Shown here piece after piece: positions 9,657 through 18,689 of a stretch of DNA of 64,000 nt (position 1 is its first letter; every line of letters begins with the position of its first letter). This stretch comes from an uncultured Actinomycetota bacterium. Its GTDB lineage: Bacteria; Actinomycetota; Actinomycetes; Propionibacteriales; Nocardioidaceae. A program made the position numbers and the translations under genes. Where the stretch lies: contig CAVVQW010000008.1 of the NCBI GenBank assembly GCA_963750435.1, positions 20,844 through 84,843 on the forward strand, given 5' to 3'. The notes under the pieces are model-generated. The model ran no database searches. It was given only the letters and a program-made list of their open reading frames with translations, and was not told where the DNA came from.

Positions 9657-11174
9657 ATGGGCGGCATGACGAGCTCCTCCTCACCGACCCGCGCGTCGCT
9701 GGCCGACCTCTCCGCCGCGGCGATGAGCGCCGCCGTACGCCGCCGGGAGGTGAGCTGCCGCGACCTGATGACCGCCCACCTCGACCGGATCGAGCGGCTG
9801 AACCCGCTGGTCAACGCGATCGTCCACCTGCGTCCCCGAGAGGAGCTGCTCGCCGAGGCCGACGCCAAGGACGCGCTCCTGGCACGCGGGGAGCACCAGG
9901 GCTGGCTGCACGGGCTGCCGATCGCGGTCAAGGACCTGAACGACGCCCAGGGGCTGCCGACGACCAAGGGGTTCTTCACCGACGCCCCGCCCGCCACCGA
10001 CGACGCGCTCGTCGTCGCGCGCCTGCGGGCGGCCGGCGCGATCGTCGTCGGCAAGACCAACACCCCGGAGTTCGGGCTCGGGTCGCACACCTACAACGGC
10101 GTCTTCGGCACCACGCTGAACGCGTGGGACCAGTCGCGCACGGCCGGCGGCAGCAGCGGGGGCGCGGCCGTCGCGGTGGCGCTGCGGATGCTGCCGCTCG
10201 CCGACGGCAGCGACTTCTTCGGCTCGCTGCGCAACCCGACCGGGTGGAACAACGTGCTCGGCCTGCGCCCGTCGTACGGCCGGGTGCCGTCGGTGGGCGA
10301 CGAGGTGTTCGTCTCCCAGGGCGGCACCGACGGTCCGATCGCGCGCACGGCGGAGGACCTGCGGCTGCTGCTGGGCACGATGGCCGGGCCCGACGCCCGC
10401 GACCCGCTGTCGCTGTCGGAGCCCTTGGCGCCGGCCACCACCGAGGTCCCTGCGGTGGTCCCCGACCTGACCGGGCGGCGGGTGGCGTGGCTGGGCGACC
10501 TGGGGGGCTACCTGCCGGTCGAGCCCGAGGTGCTGGCGGTCTGCCGCGTGGCGCTGCACGCGCTGGAGGACCTCGGGATGGAGGTGGTCGAGCTCGACGA
10601 CCTGCCCGGCCACGGCACGTTCCGCGGTTCCGTCGACCTCTGGGAGACCTGGCTGGTGTGGCGGCACTGGCTCGCGGGGTCCGCACTGCGCCCGGCGTAC
10701 GACGACCCGGCGCTGCGGGCGCGGCTCAAGCCCGAGGCGGTCTTCGAGGTCGAGGGTCTCCTCGGTGGCGAGGGGCGGCCCCCGCTGTCGGCGGCCGCGG
10801 TGCACGCCGCCTCGCGGCAGCGCTCCGACCTGCACACCGCGATGCTGGGGCTCTTCGACGACGTCGACCACGTGCTGCTGCCGAGCGCCCAGCTGTTCCC
10901 CTTCGACGCGGGGCTGGACTGGCCGCACGAGGTGGCGGGGCGGCCGATGTCGACGTACCACCGGTGGATGGAGGTGTGCGCCCTCGGCACCCTGATCGGC
11001 GCTCCGTCGCTGTCGATGCCGGCGGGCTTCTCCGCCGACGGCCTGCCGATCGGTCTCCAGGCGATCGGCCGGCCGCGCCACGACGACGCGGTGCTCGACC
11101 TCGCCGCCGCGTGGGAGACGGTCACCGACCACCACCTGCGGGTGCCGCCTCTGGTGATCGGCACCGCTGGCTGA
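9657..11174 (+). CDS. Amidase (amidase signature family)
   Basis: LHGLPIAVKD, GKTNTPEFG, GGSSGG and GSDFFGSLRNP motifs. Confidence 0.93.
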   Translation: MGGMTSSSSPTRASLADLSAAAMSAAVRRREVSCRDLMTAHLDRIERLNPLVNAIVHLRPREELLAEADAKDALLARGEHQGWLHGLPIAVKDLNDAQGLPTTKGFFTDAPPATDDALVVARLRAAGAIVVGKTNTPEFGLGSHTYNGVFGTTLNAWDQSRTAGGSSGGAAVAVALRMLPLADGSDFFGSLRNPTGWNNVLGLRPSYGRVPSVGDEVFVSQGGTDGPIARTAEDLRLLLGTMAGPDARDPLSLSEPLAPATTEVPAVVPDLTGRRVAWLGDLGGYLPVEPEVLAVCRVALHALEDLGMEVVELDDLPGHGTFRGSVDLWETWLVWRHWLAGSALRPAYDDPALRARLKPEAVFEVEGLLGGEGRPPLSAAAVHAASRQRSDLHTAMLGLFDDVDHVLLPSAQLFPFDAGLDWPHEVAGRPMSTYHRWMEVCALGTLIGAPSLSMPAGFSADGLPIGLQAIGRPRHDDAVLDLAAAWETVTDHHLRVPPLVIGTAG

Positions 11175-11179
11175 GGTCC

Positions 11180-11815
11180 TCAGAGGAGCGCGAGCACCTC
11201 GGCGGGGGTGGCGGCGGTGGTGACCGCGTGCTCCACGGCGTACAGGTGACCCCAACCGGCGGCCACCGGCACGGCGCCCGCACCCTGCGCGGCCCCGACG
11301 TCGAGCGGCGAGTCGCCGACGTAGACGCACTCGCTCGCGGCGACGCCGAGCTGCGTGGCGGCCAGCAGCACTCCGTCGGGAGCCGGCTTGGGCCGTTCGA
11401 CCTGGTTGCCGCCGACGACGACGTCGAAGTACTCCCGCAGGCCGGTGGCGGCCAGCAGGATCGACGCGGCCTCGGCGCTGTTGCCGGTGAAGACGGCCAT
11501 GGGCATGCCGGCGGTCCGGAGCTCCCCCAGCGTCTCCTCGATGCCGAGGTGCACCTGCACCTGGTCGCTGAGCTCGCCGAGGACCTCGTGGTACAGCTCG
11601 CCGTCGGCGACCTCGCCGTCCCGACCGAGCATCAGCCCGAGCATCTCCTGCGGCGCGCCGGCGTCGTAGTGCGCGACGACCTGCTCGCGCGTCATCGCCG
11701 GCCCGCCGAGCCGGCGTACGGTCTCGATGAACGCGTCGGGCACCACGGTCGCCGAGTCGACCAGCGTCCCGTCCATGTCCCAGATGACGGCGCGGACGGC
11801 GGAGGGCTTCGACAC
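11180..11815 (-). CDS. HAD family hydrolase
   Basis: WDMDGTLVDS, KPAPD and VGDSPLD motifs. Confidence 0.9.
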   Translation of the reverse strand: MSKPSAVRAVIWDMDGTLVDSATVVPDAFIETVRRLGGPAMTREQVVAHYDAGAPQEMLGLMLGRDGEVADGELYHEVLGELSDQVQVHLGIEETLGELRTAGMPMAVFTGNSAEAASILLAATGLREYFDVVVGGNQVERPKPAPDGVLLAATQLGVAASECVYVGDSPLDVGAAQGAGAVPVAAGWGHLYAVEHAVTTAATPAEVLALL

Positions 11816-11910
11816 CTCCCCAGCCTCCCAGAGCCGCGTCGGCCGCCGGGAGGAGGCTCGGACTGCGGCGCGTCAGCAGGACCGGTGGTCGAGCGCGCCG
11901 CCCGTCCGGT

Positions 11911-12174
11911 GGTTGAGCAGGGCCGAAGGCCCGTCGTGAAAACCCGGGGCCGGCCGGGCTGTCCCCGCACCGGTGGTTGAGCAGGGCCGAAGGCCCGTCG
12001 TCGAAACCACTCCCGGTGAGGCCGACGTGGTGGGTCAGTCCAGCTCCGCGTTGCGGTGGTCGAGCAGGGCCGAAGGCCCGTCGTCGAAACCACTCCCGGT
12101 GAGGCCGACGTGGTGGGTCAGTCCAGCTCCGCGTTGCGGTGGTTGAGCAGGGCCGAAGGCCCGTCGTCGAAACC
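11911..12174 (+). repeat. Array of four 34-bp REP-like hairpin repeats
   Basis: GGT(T/C)GAGCAGGGCCGAAGGCCCGTCGTCGAAACC at 11911, 11975, 12058 and 12141; periods 64, 83 and 83 bp; the last two spacers are identical. Confidence 0.92.
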
Positions 12175-12206
12175 ACTCTCTCCAGGGCCAGTGCACCGCC
12201 GAGAAG

Positions 12207-12236
12207 TTGTCCACAGATCGTCGAACACCTGTTCTA
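12207..12236 (+). promoter_or_regulatory. DnaA-box-like 9-mer (12207-12215) plus LexA/SOS box (12221-12236)
   Basis: TTGTCCACA, then TCGAACACCTGTTCTA (one mismatch to the actinobacterial TCGAAC-N4-GTTCGA), 30 bp upstream of the HNH start. Confidence 0.7.
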
Positions 12237-12266
12237 ATGCCTGCCTCGAGGTGGGAGAATCAGGTC

Positions 12267-13604
12267 ATGAGCCAGTCCACCCGCCGCACCCACCCGGTGC
12301 ACGCGTTCACCCGACAGCTCATCGGGCGACTCGACGACCTCGGCGCGACCCCGGTGTGGTCGATGCGGCCCGAGGAGCGCCGCGGGAGCCTCGCCGACCT
12401 GGCCCACGCCGAAGCCCAGCTCACCGCCCTGCGCCTCAGGGTCCTCGCCGAGGCCGACCGGGCCGGCGACACCGACGACACCGCCGCCTGCAGCATCGCC
12501 GACTGGGTCGCCGTCGAGACCCGTCAGGTCCGCCGTCACGCCCGCTCCGACCTCAACCTCGCCCGGCGGGTCGAACAGCACTCTCACCTCGCTGCAGCGA
12601 TGGCCGCCGGCGCGGTCAACGCCCACCAGGCCCGGGTGATCGTCAGGTCCCTGGACCGGTTGCCCACCAGCGGTGACTTCGCCGTCACCGCCGAGCAGCA
12701 GGTCACAGCAGAGCAGCACCTGGTCGGCCTGGCTGCCGACCACGACGCCACGGCCCTGGCCCGGCTCGGGATGCGCCTGTTCGAGGTGATCGCCCCCGAG
12801 GTCGCCGACCAGTTCGAGGGCAAGGTCCTCGCCGACCAAGAAGCCGCGGCCCTCAAGCGCACCTGGCTGACGATGCGCCACGACGACGAAGGCACCGTGC
12901 ACGGCAGGTTCCGGATCCCGGCCCTGCACGGCGACATCCTCAGCAAAGCGATCCTCGCCCTCGCGTCCCCGGCGAGACCCGACCCGCACGGTCCCGAGGG
13001 ATCTCATGGCCCAGGTGGCGCCGACCGCACTGACGGCACTGACTGCATCGCGTCTCCCGAGCCGTCCGCCCAGGGTGAGCAGGTCTCCACCCCGGTCAAG
13101 CACGGACTAGCGCTCTGTCAGCTCCTCGAGGCACTGCCCGCCGACGGGCTGCCCACCGCGGGCGGGGTCAGCGCCACCATCGTGGTCACGATGACCCTCG
13201 AGCAGCTGACGGCATCCCTCAGCGAGCACGGCGTGGGCACCCTGGACACCGGTGGTGCTCTGACCGCGGGCGAGGCCCGGCGTCTGGCCTGCACCGCCGG
13301 GATCATCCCGATGGTCCTCGGAGGGAAGTCCGAGCCCCTCGACCTCGGCCGCAAGCGACGGTTCCACTCACCAGCGCAGCGCCTGGTCATGGCGCACCGC
13401 GACGGCGGGTGCACCGCCGTGAGCTGCGACCGGCCACCCTCGATGTGCCAGGCCCACCACGACCAACCGTGGTCCCAGGGAGGCCGCACCACGGTCAAGG
13501 AGGGGCGGCTGCTGTGCGGTCACCACCACCGCCGAGTGCACGACTCCCGCTACGAGCACCACCTCGAACCCACCGGCCGGATCAGCTTCCACCGACGCAC
13601 TTAG
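12267..13604 (+). CDS. DUF222 (13E12-repeat family) HNH endonuclease
   Basis: ARRLACTAGIIPMVLGGKSEPLDLGR, RDGGCTAVSCDRPPSMCQAHH and LLCGHHHRRVH motifs. Confidence 0.9.
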   Translation: MSQSTRRTHPVHAFTRQLIGRLDDLGATPVWSMRPEERRGSLADLAHAEAQLTALRLRVLAEADRAGDTDDTAACSIADWVAVETRQVRRHARSDLNLARRVEQHSHLAAAMAAGAVNAHQARVIVRSLDRLPTSGDFAVTAEQQVTAEQHLVGLAADHDATALARLGMRLFEVIAPEVADQFEGKVLADQEAAALKRTWLTMRHDDEGTVHGRFRIPALHGDILSKAILALASPARPDPHGPEGSHGPGGADRTDGTDCIASPEPSAQGEQVSTPVKHGLALCQLLEALPADGLPTAGGVSATIVVTMTLEQLTASLSEHGVGTLDTGGALTAGEARRLACTAGIIPMVLGGKSEPLDLGRKRRFHSPAQRLVMAHRDGGCTAVSCDRPPSMCQAHHDQPWSQGGRTTVKEGRLLCGHHHRRVHDSRYEHHLEPTGRISFHRRT

Positions 13605-13676
13605 GCCGACTACCGACCACCGACCACCGACCCTCGCCCCCTTCCGGCGGGCGGATGCCGTGTCCGACGGGCGGCG

Positions 13677-13737
13677 AGGGCTGGCAAGTGGTGGCGGACG
13701 GCCGGCCAGGGCTGGCGTGTGGTGGCGGACGGCCGGC
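13677..13737. repeat. 30-bp direct repeat x2 (period 31) downstream of the HNH gene
   Basis: AGGGCTGGC(AA/GT)GTGGTGGCGGACGGCCGGC at 13677 and 13708. Confidence 0.8.
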
Positions 13738-13752
13738 GGCCTCCGCTGCACT

Positions 13753-13795
13753 GTGCCGCGGATCCGAGTCACCAGGTGGCTCGGAACCGCGGCAC
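13753..13795. repeat. 43-bp palindromic element
   Basis: GTGCCGCGGATCCGAGTCACC-A-GGTGGCTCGGAACCGCGGCAC; 21-bp arms with 2 mismatches. Confidence 0.85.
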
Positions 13796-13823
13796 TATCC
13801 GGCGGAACATCAGCCGACGACCG

Positions 13824-13857
13824 GGTTTCGACGACGGGCCTTCGGCCCTGCTCAACC
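13824..13857 (-). repeat. REP-like repeat, inverted relative to the 11911-12174 array
   Basis: GGTTTCGACGACGGGCCTTCGGCCCTGCTCAACC is the exact reverse complement of the array unit. Confidence 0.92.
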
Positions 13858-13960
13858 AACGAAACGACCCGCTCGACCGACGTGCCGACCCGCTCGACCG
13901 CCGGCCCTGTTCGGCCGACGTACCTGCCCGGTCGACCGGCTGTCAGCTGCCGCGAGCCTG

Positions 13961-16351
13961 CTAGCGGCCGAGGAGGTCGAGGGCGGCGCCGGCGATGGAG
14001 CCGGTGTCGATGCCGTGGAGGCGGAGGGCGTCGGGGAGGTCGGAGGACTGGCCGAACTCGCTGACGCCGAGGCAGCGGATGCGGTCGCCTCGGGCGCCGG
14101 CGAGGAAGGCGAGGGTGTGGGGGTGGCCGTCGAGGACGGTGACGAGCGGGGTGGGGTGGGCGGCCGGGAAGAGCAGGTCGAGGACGCCGGAGCCGCCGGG
14201 GGTGCGGCTGCCGCGCTGCTGGAAGGAGCGGAACAGCAGGTCCGGGCTGGTCAGGCAGACCACGCCGGCGGTGACGCCCTGCTCGGTGAGCAGGTCGGCC
14301 GCGGCGAGCACCTCGGGCATGATCGCGCCGACGCCGACCAGGGTGACCTGCTCGGTCGCGGGGCCGTGGTCGGTGATCCGGTAGCCACCAGCCACTGCCT
14401 GCAGCCGGCGCCGCTCGAGCAGGGTGTCGTCCTCGGGGACGCGGGCGAGGGCGGGGTCGAGGGGGCGGGTGGAGAGCCGGAAGTACGCCGAGGTCCCGCC
14501 CTCGACGCCGACCGAGGCCATCGCCTGGAGGAAGCACCACTCCAGGTCGTGGGCGAACGCCGGCTCCCAGGCCACGCACGACGGCTGCTCCAGCCCGATC
14601 GAGGGCGTGGTGATCGACTGGTGCGCCCCGCCCTCGGGGGCCAGGGTGACGCCGGAGGGGGTGCCGACCAGGATCGACTGGCCGCCGGCGTACATCCCGT
14701 AGGACCACGGCTCCAGTGCCCGCGACACGAACGGGTCGTAGAGCGTGCCGATCGGGATCAGCCGCTCGCCCCAGCGCGACCAGGTCGCCCCCAGCTCGCC
14801 GAGCAGGCCCACGGTGTTGACCTCCGCGATGCCGAGCTCGACGTGCTGGCCGCTCTGGCTCTCCGACCAGCGCAGCACCCGCTCGGCGTCGTCGGCGAAC
14901 CAGTCGCGGCGCTCGGCCACCGACCAGACACCGGTCTTGTTGATCCAGCCGCCGAGGTTGGTCGACGAGGCGACGTCAGGGCTGCAGGTCACGACCCGGG
15001 CCGCCGCCTCCGGAGCGTCCCGCACCAGGTCGGTCAGCAGCCGGCCGAGCGCGGCCTGGGTGGAGACAGCCTTGCGGTGCGGGTGCCCGAGCGAGGTCGG
15101 CACGCGGACGGGCCCCGTCGGTGCCACCGGGGTGCGCCGCAGCACCTCGCCGCGTCGGGCGCACAGCTCGCCGGGCCGGCTGTCGGCCTCGAAGCCGACC
15201 CACGGGTCGTCCAGGCTGGTGCCGCAGGCGTCGGCCAGGGACAGCATCTGCGCCTCGGTCAGCAGCGCCGAGTGGTTGTTCGGGTGGCCCTCGGTCGGCA
15301 GCCCGCGGCCCTTGACGGTGTAGGCGAACACCACGGTGGGCCGGTGGTCGTCGATCGAGGCGAAGGTGTCCACGAGCAGCCCGAGGTCGTGCCCGCCCAG
15401 GTCGCGCACCGCGGCGACGAGCTGCGAGGTGTCCACCGAGTCGAGCAGCTCGCGCAGCTCGGCCGAGGAGTCCTCTCCCAGCAGCCGGGCCCGCACCTCA
15501 CGGGGCTCGACGCGGAGCATCCGCTGGTACTCCTCGTTGGGCATCGACTCCAGCCGGCGACGCAGCTCCTCGCCCCCGCGGCGGCCGAACAGCGCTGAGA
15601 TCAGCCGGCCCCACTTCAGCGTGAGCACCTGCCAGCCGGCGGCCTCGAACATGCCCTGCAGCCGCTGGATCGCGATGTCGGGGACGACCCGGTCCAGCGA
15701 CTGGCGGTTCAGGTCGACCACCCAGAGCAGCTCCCCGAGGCTGGCCACCTGCGGGTCGGCGACGGCCTCCCAGATGGCGCCCTCGTCGAGCTCGGCGTCA
15801 CCGAGCAGGCTGACGAACCGCCCGGCCGGAGGGGCGTCGGGGAACTGCGAGCGCACGTAGCGGTGCGAGATCGCGGCCCACAGCGCCGCCGTCGCACCGA
15901 TCCCGACCGACCCGGTCGAGAAGTCGACGGTGTCCGGGTCCTTGAGCCGCGAGGGATAGGACTGCAGGCCGCCCTTGGCCCGCAGCGTGGGGAGGTACGC
16001 CGGGTCGAGGTCGCCGAGCAGGTAGTTCACCGCGTGCAGCACCGGTGAGGCGTGCGGCTTGACCGAGACCCGGTCGAGCGCGGTGAGCTCGTGGAACCAC
16101 AGGGCCACCACGACGTCGACCATCGAGGCCGAGGAGGCCTGGTGGCCACCGACCTTGACGCCGGTGTCGTTGTGCCGCCCCCGGTTGGCCGCGTCGACGA
16201 TCGCCGCGGAGAGCCAGAGCACCCGCTCGGAGATCCGGTGCAGCGTCTCGAGGTCCGCCGCTGGAAGGCCGGTGGGACCGGCGGCAGCAGCGGGACCGGC
16301 GGCCAGGTCTGCGGAGGTCGGGTCTGCGGAGGTCGGGTCGGCCTGCGTCAT
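13961..16351 (-). CDS. AceE-like TPP-dependent enzyme (pyruvate dehydrogenase E1/transketolase-like)
   Basis: KVGGHQASSAS, FSTGSVGIG, GDAELDEG (TPP-binding), VDLNRQSLD and LAPEGGAHQS motifs. Confidence 0.85.
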   Translation of the reverse strand: MTQADPTSADPTSADLAAGPAAAAGPTGLPAADLETLHRISERVLWLSAAIVDAANRGRHNDTGVKVGGHQASSASMVDVVVALWFHELTALDRVSVKPHASPVLHAVNYLLGDLDPAYLPTLRAKGGLQSYPSRLKDPDTVDFSTGSVGIGATAALWAAISHRYVRSQFPDAPPAGRFVSLLGDAELDEGAIWEAVADPQVASLGELLWVVDLNRQSLDRVVPDIAIQRLQGMFEAAGWQVLTLKWGRLISALFGRRGGEELRRRLESMPNEEYQRMLRVEPREVRARLLGEDSSAELRELLDSVDTSQLVAAVRDLGGHDLGLLVDTFASIDDHRPTVVFAYTVKGRGLPTEGHPNNHSALLTEAQMLSLADACGTSLDDPWVGFEADSRPGELCARRGEVLRRTPVAPTGPVRVPTSLGHPHRKAVSTQAALGRLLTDLVRDAPEAAARVVTCSPDVASSTNLGGWINKTGVWSVAERRDWFADDAERVLRWSESQSGQHVELGIAEVNTVGLLGELGATWSRWGERLIPIGTLYDPFVSRALEPWSYGMYAGGQSILVGTPSGVTLAPEGGAHQSITTPSIGLEQPSCVAWEPAFAHDLEWCFLQAMASVGVEGGTSAYFRLSTRPLDPALARVPEDDTLLERRRLQAVAGGYRITDHGPATEQVTLVGVGAIMPEVLAAADLLTEQGVTAGVVCLTSPDLLFRSFQQRGSRTPGGSGVLDLLFPAAHPTPLVTVLDGHPHTLAFLAGARGDRIRCLGVSEFGQSSDLPDALRLHGIDTGSIAGAALDLLGR

Positions 16352-16420
16352 GGGGCTCCTCAGCGAGAGGTGGAGTCGAGGGGTGGGGTCGAGCAGTGGC
16401 GGGTGCCACCCCATCCTCGC

Positions 16421-18637
16421 TCAGGCGCCGGCCGTCACCACGGGCCCCGCAGGAACGACCGTCCCGGCGGCCGCGACCGAGGCGCCCGACCCCGACGACA
16501 CCGACCCCGACGACACCGGCCCCGACGACACCGGCCCGAAGGACGAGGCAGGACCGGACGGCGAGACGTGCGCGGACGCCCGCGCCGGCAGAGACCGGGC
16601 CTTGGGGGCCGCGACGACCGGGGCCGAGGGTGCGGGCGGGAGCCGGACCTCGAAGATGCTGCCGCCCGCCGGGTTGTCGCGCAGGCTGATGGTGCCGCCG
16701 CTGCGCTCGACCGCGCGCCGCACGATGGCCAGGCCGAGGCCGGTGCCGCGGTACTCCGCGCCGTGGGCCCGGTGGAAGGTCTCGAAGATCTGCTCGCGCT
16801 GCTCGGCCGGCACGCCGATGCCGTTGTCGGTCACCGTCAGCAGCGTCCAGTCGGCGTCCTCGCGACCACGCACCTGCACCCGGGGCCGTACGCCGGCGGC
16901 GACGTACTTCGTCGCGTTGCCGATCAGGTTGTCGAGGATCTGGCGCACCAGCACCGGGTCGGCCAGGGCGTGCAGACCGGTCTGGACGTAGATCTGCGGG
17001 CGGTTGGTGCGCTCGCGGAAGATCGTCGCGGCCTCGTCGGCGGCCCGGGAGAGGTCGACGTCGATGGGGTGGACCGGCGCGTCCCGGACGACGGTGTAGC
17101 TGAGCAGGTCGTCGATGAAGTGGCTCATCTGCCGGGAGGCGTCGGTGACCCGGTTGAGCATCCGGGCGCCGTCCTCGGGGCTGACCGGACCCGCACGGAA
17201 GTCCTCGGCCAACGCCTCGGACCAGCCGTTGATCACGGTGAGGGGGCGCTTCAGGTCGTGGGCGACGACGCCGGCGAAGGTGGCGAGCGCGTCGCGGTCG
17301 TGCCGGGCCGCGGTGACGTCGCGGTAGCTGATGATCGCGCGGTCCGAGGGGCCGCCGTCCTCGGTGGGCAGGGCGGCCCCGGTGACCTCGAGGATGCGCG
17401 GCGCCTCCCCGGGCTGGGTGAGCATCAGGTCCTCGACGGGGTCCTCACCGCGCAGGGCGCGACGGAACGGCATCTCGTGGGGCAGCACAGGGCTGCCGTC
17501 TGTGTGCGTCAGGCCGTACGAGGCGGGGTCGCGCACGTTGTCACCGACACCGGTCATGCCGATCAGGCGCAGACCCGCGGGGTTGCGCAGCAGGTAGCGA
17601 CCCTGGTCGTCGACGACCATCACGCCTTCCTTCATGTGCTCCAGGACGGCGCCGAAGAGCTGGGCCCGGTCGGCGGTCTCGCGCTGCAGCAGCGACAGGT
17701 CGGCGAGCGCCTGGTTGCGCTCGACCCGGCTGAAGGCGAGCACCAGCCCGGTGACGACGGTCATGGTGACGAAGACCTGGGCGACCAGGGCCCGTTCGGA
17801 GATGTCCGCGATGGCCGCGAACGGTCCTCGGCCCCCCAGGGTGAAGACGATGGAGCCCGCACCGACCGCCAGGCCGTGCACGACGACCCCCAGCGGGCCG
17901 AGGCGGACGCCGGCCAGGACGGTGGTGAACAGGAGCAGGAAGCCCACCGGAAGGGCGTCGGAGGCGCCGAAGACGAACCACAGCAGGCCCCCGGAGACCA
18001 CGGCCACGCTCAGCGCCCCCGTGGCCTCACGCGTCGAGGGCCAGAACGCGGCCCGAAGCCGGTCGCCGATCTCGCGCGCCCCCCGGGCCCCGGCCAGGCG
18101 ACCGAGCAGCAGCAGGCCGAGCACCCCGACGACGAGCAGGCCGGTCAGGTTGCGCCCCCACCAGACCAGGAAGGTGGTCAGCGTCCCCTGGCTGCCGAGC
18201 AGGGACAGCCCCAGCTCGCCGACGGAAGCGGCCGCCAGGCAGCTGAGCAGTGCGGCGCCGGTGAGCGCGCCGAGGTCGACCAGGAAACCTGGCTCGCGGG
18301 AGCCGCCGAAGCCCCGCAGGTCCGGGCGGAGCCAGCGCACGAGGAGGACGAAGCCGCCGGCCTGCAGGAGATTGGTCAGCACGAACAGCCACGCGAGCGG
18401 GGCGGACGCTCCGGTGGTGGCGTTCACCAGGTAGACCGTCGCGGCGTACGCGACGAGATCCGCCGGCAGGCGGTGCCGGTCGCTGGTGGCCAGCCACAGC
18501 ATCCCGACGCCAGCGGCGGGCCAGACCAGGCTCAGGGCGTGGCCGTCGATGATGGTCAGCCGGCCGAGCACGCCCGCGACGACGTACAGCCCGACCCAGG
18601 AGGCGAGGCGTACGACGAGTCGGTTCCGAGTGCTCAC
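16421..18637 (-). CDS. Membrane sensor histidine kinase (MASE1-like TM region + PAS + HisKA + HATPase)
   Basis: Multi-TM N-terminus with VWPAAGV; VAHDLKRPL H-box, NLIGNATKY, DNGIGV and GTGLGLAI motifs. Confidence 0.9.
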   Translation of the reverse strand: MSTRNRLVVRLASWVGLYVVAGVLGRLTIIDGHALSLVWPAAGVGMLWLATSDRHRLPADLVAYAATVYLVNATTGASAPLAWLFVLTNLLQAGGFVLLVRWLRPDLRGFGGSREPGFLVDLGALTGAALLSCLAAASVGELGLSLLGSQGTLTTFLVWWGRNLTGLLVVGVLGLLLLGRLAGARGAREIGDRLRAAFWPSTREATGALSVAVVSGGLLWFVFGASDALPVGFLLLFTTVLAGVRLGPLGVVVHGLAVGAGSIVFTLGGRGPFAAIADISERALVAQVFVTMTVVTGLVLAFSRVERNQALADLSLLQRETADRAQLFGAVLEHMKEGVMVVDDQGRYLLRNPAGLRLIGMTGVGDNVRDPASYGLTHTDGSPVLPHEMPFRRALRGEDPVEDLMLTQPGEAPRILEVTGAALPTEDGGPSDRAIISYRDVTAARHDRDALATFAGVVAHDLKRPLTVINGWSEALAEDFRAGPVSPEDGARMLNRVTDASRQMSHFIDDLLSYTVVRDAPVHPIDVDLSRAADEAATIFRERTNRPQIYVQTGLHALADPVLVRQILDNLIGNATKYVAAGVRPRVQVRGREDADWTLLTVTDNGIGVPAEQREQIFETFHRAHGAEYRGTGLGLAIVRRAVERSGGTISLRDNPAGGSIFEVRLPPAPSAPVVAAPKARSLPARASAHVSPSGPASSFGPVSSGPVSSGSVSSGSGASVAAAGTVVPAGPVVTAGA

Positions 18638-18689
18638 GTCTCGATTATTCAGCCCTTACGTCTTTTTCGGCAGTAAATGTCCGATCTTT

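Noticed and set aside
11911-12174. CRISPR array (34-bp repeats with spacers)
   Set aside because: Two spacers are identical, spacer lengths differ (30 vs 49 bp), no cas genes are present, and the unit is dispersed elsewhere in both orientations, which is REP behaviour.
12207-12215. Replication origin
   Set aside because: There is only a single DnaA-box match, with no box cluster, AT-rich unwinding element or dnaA/dnaN context.
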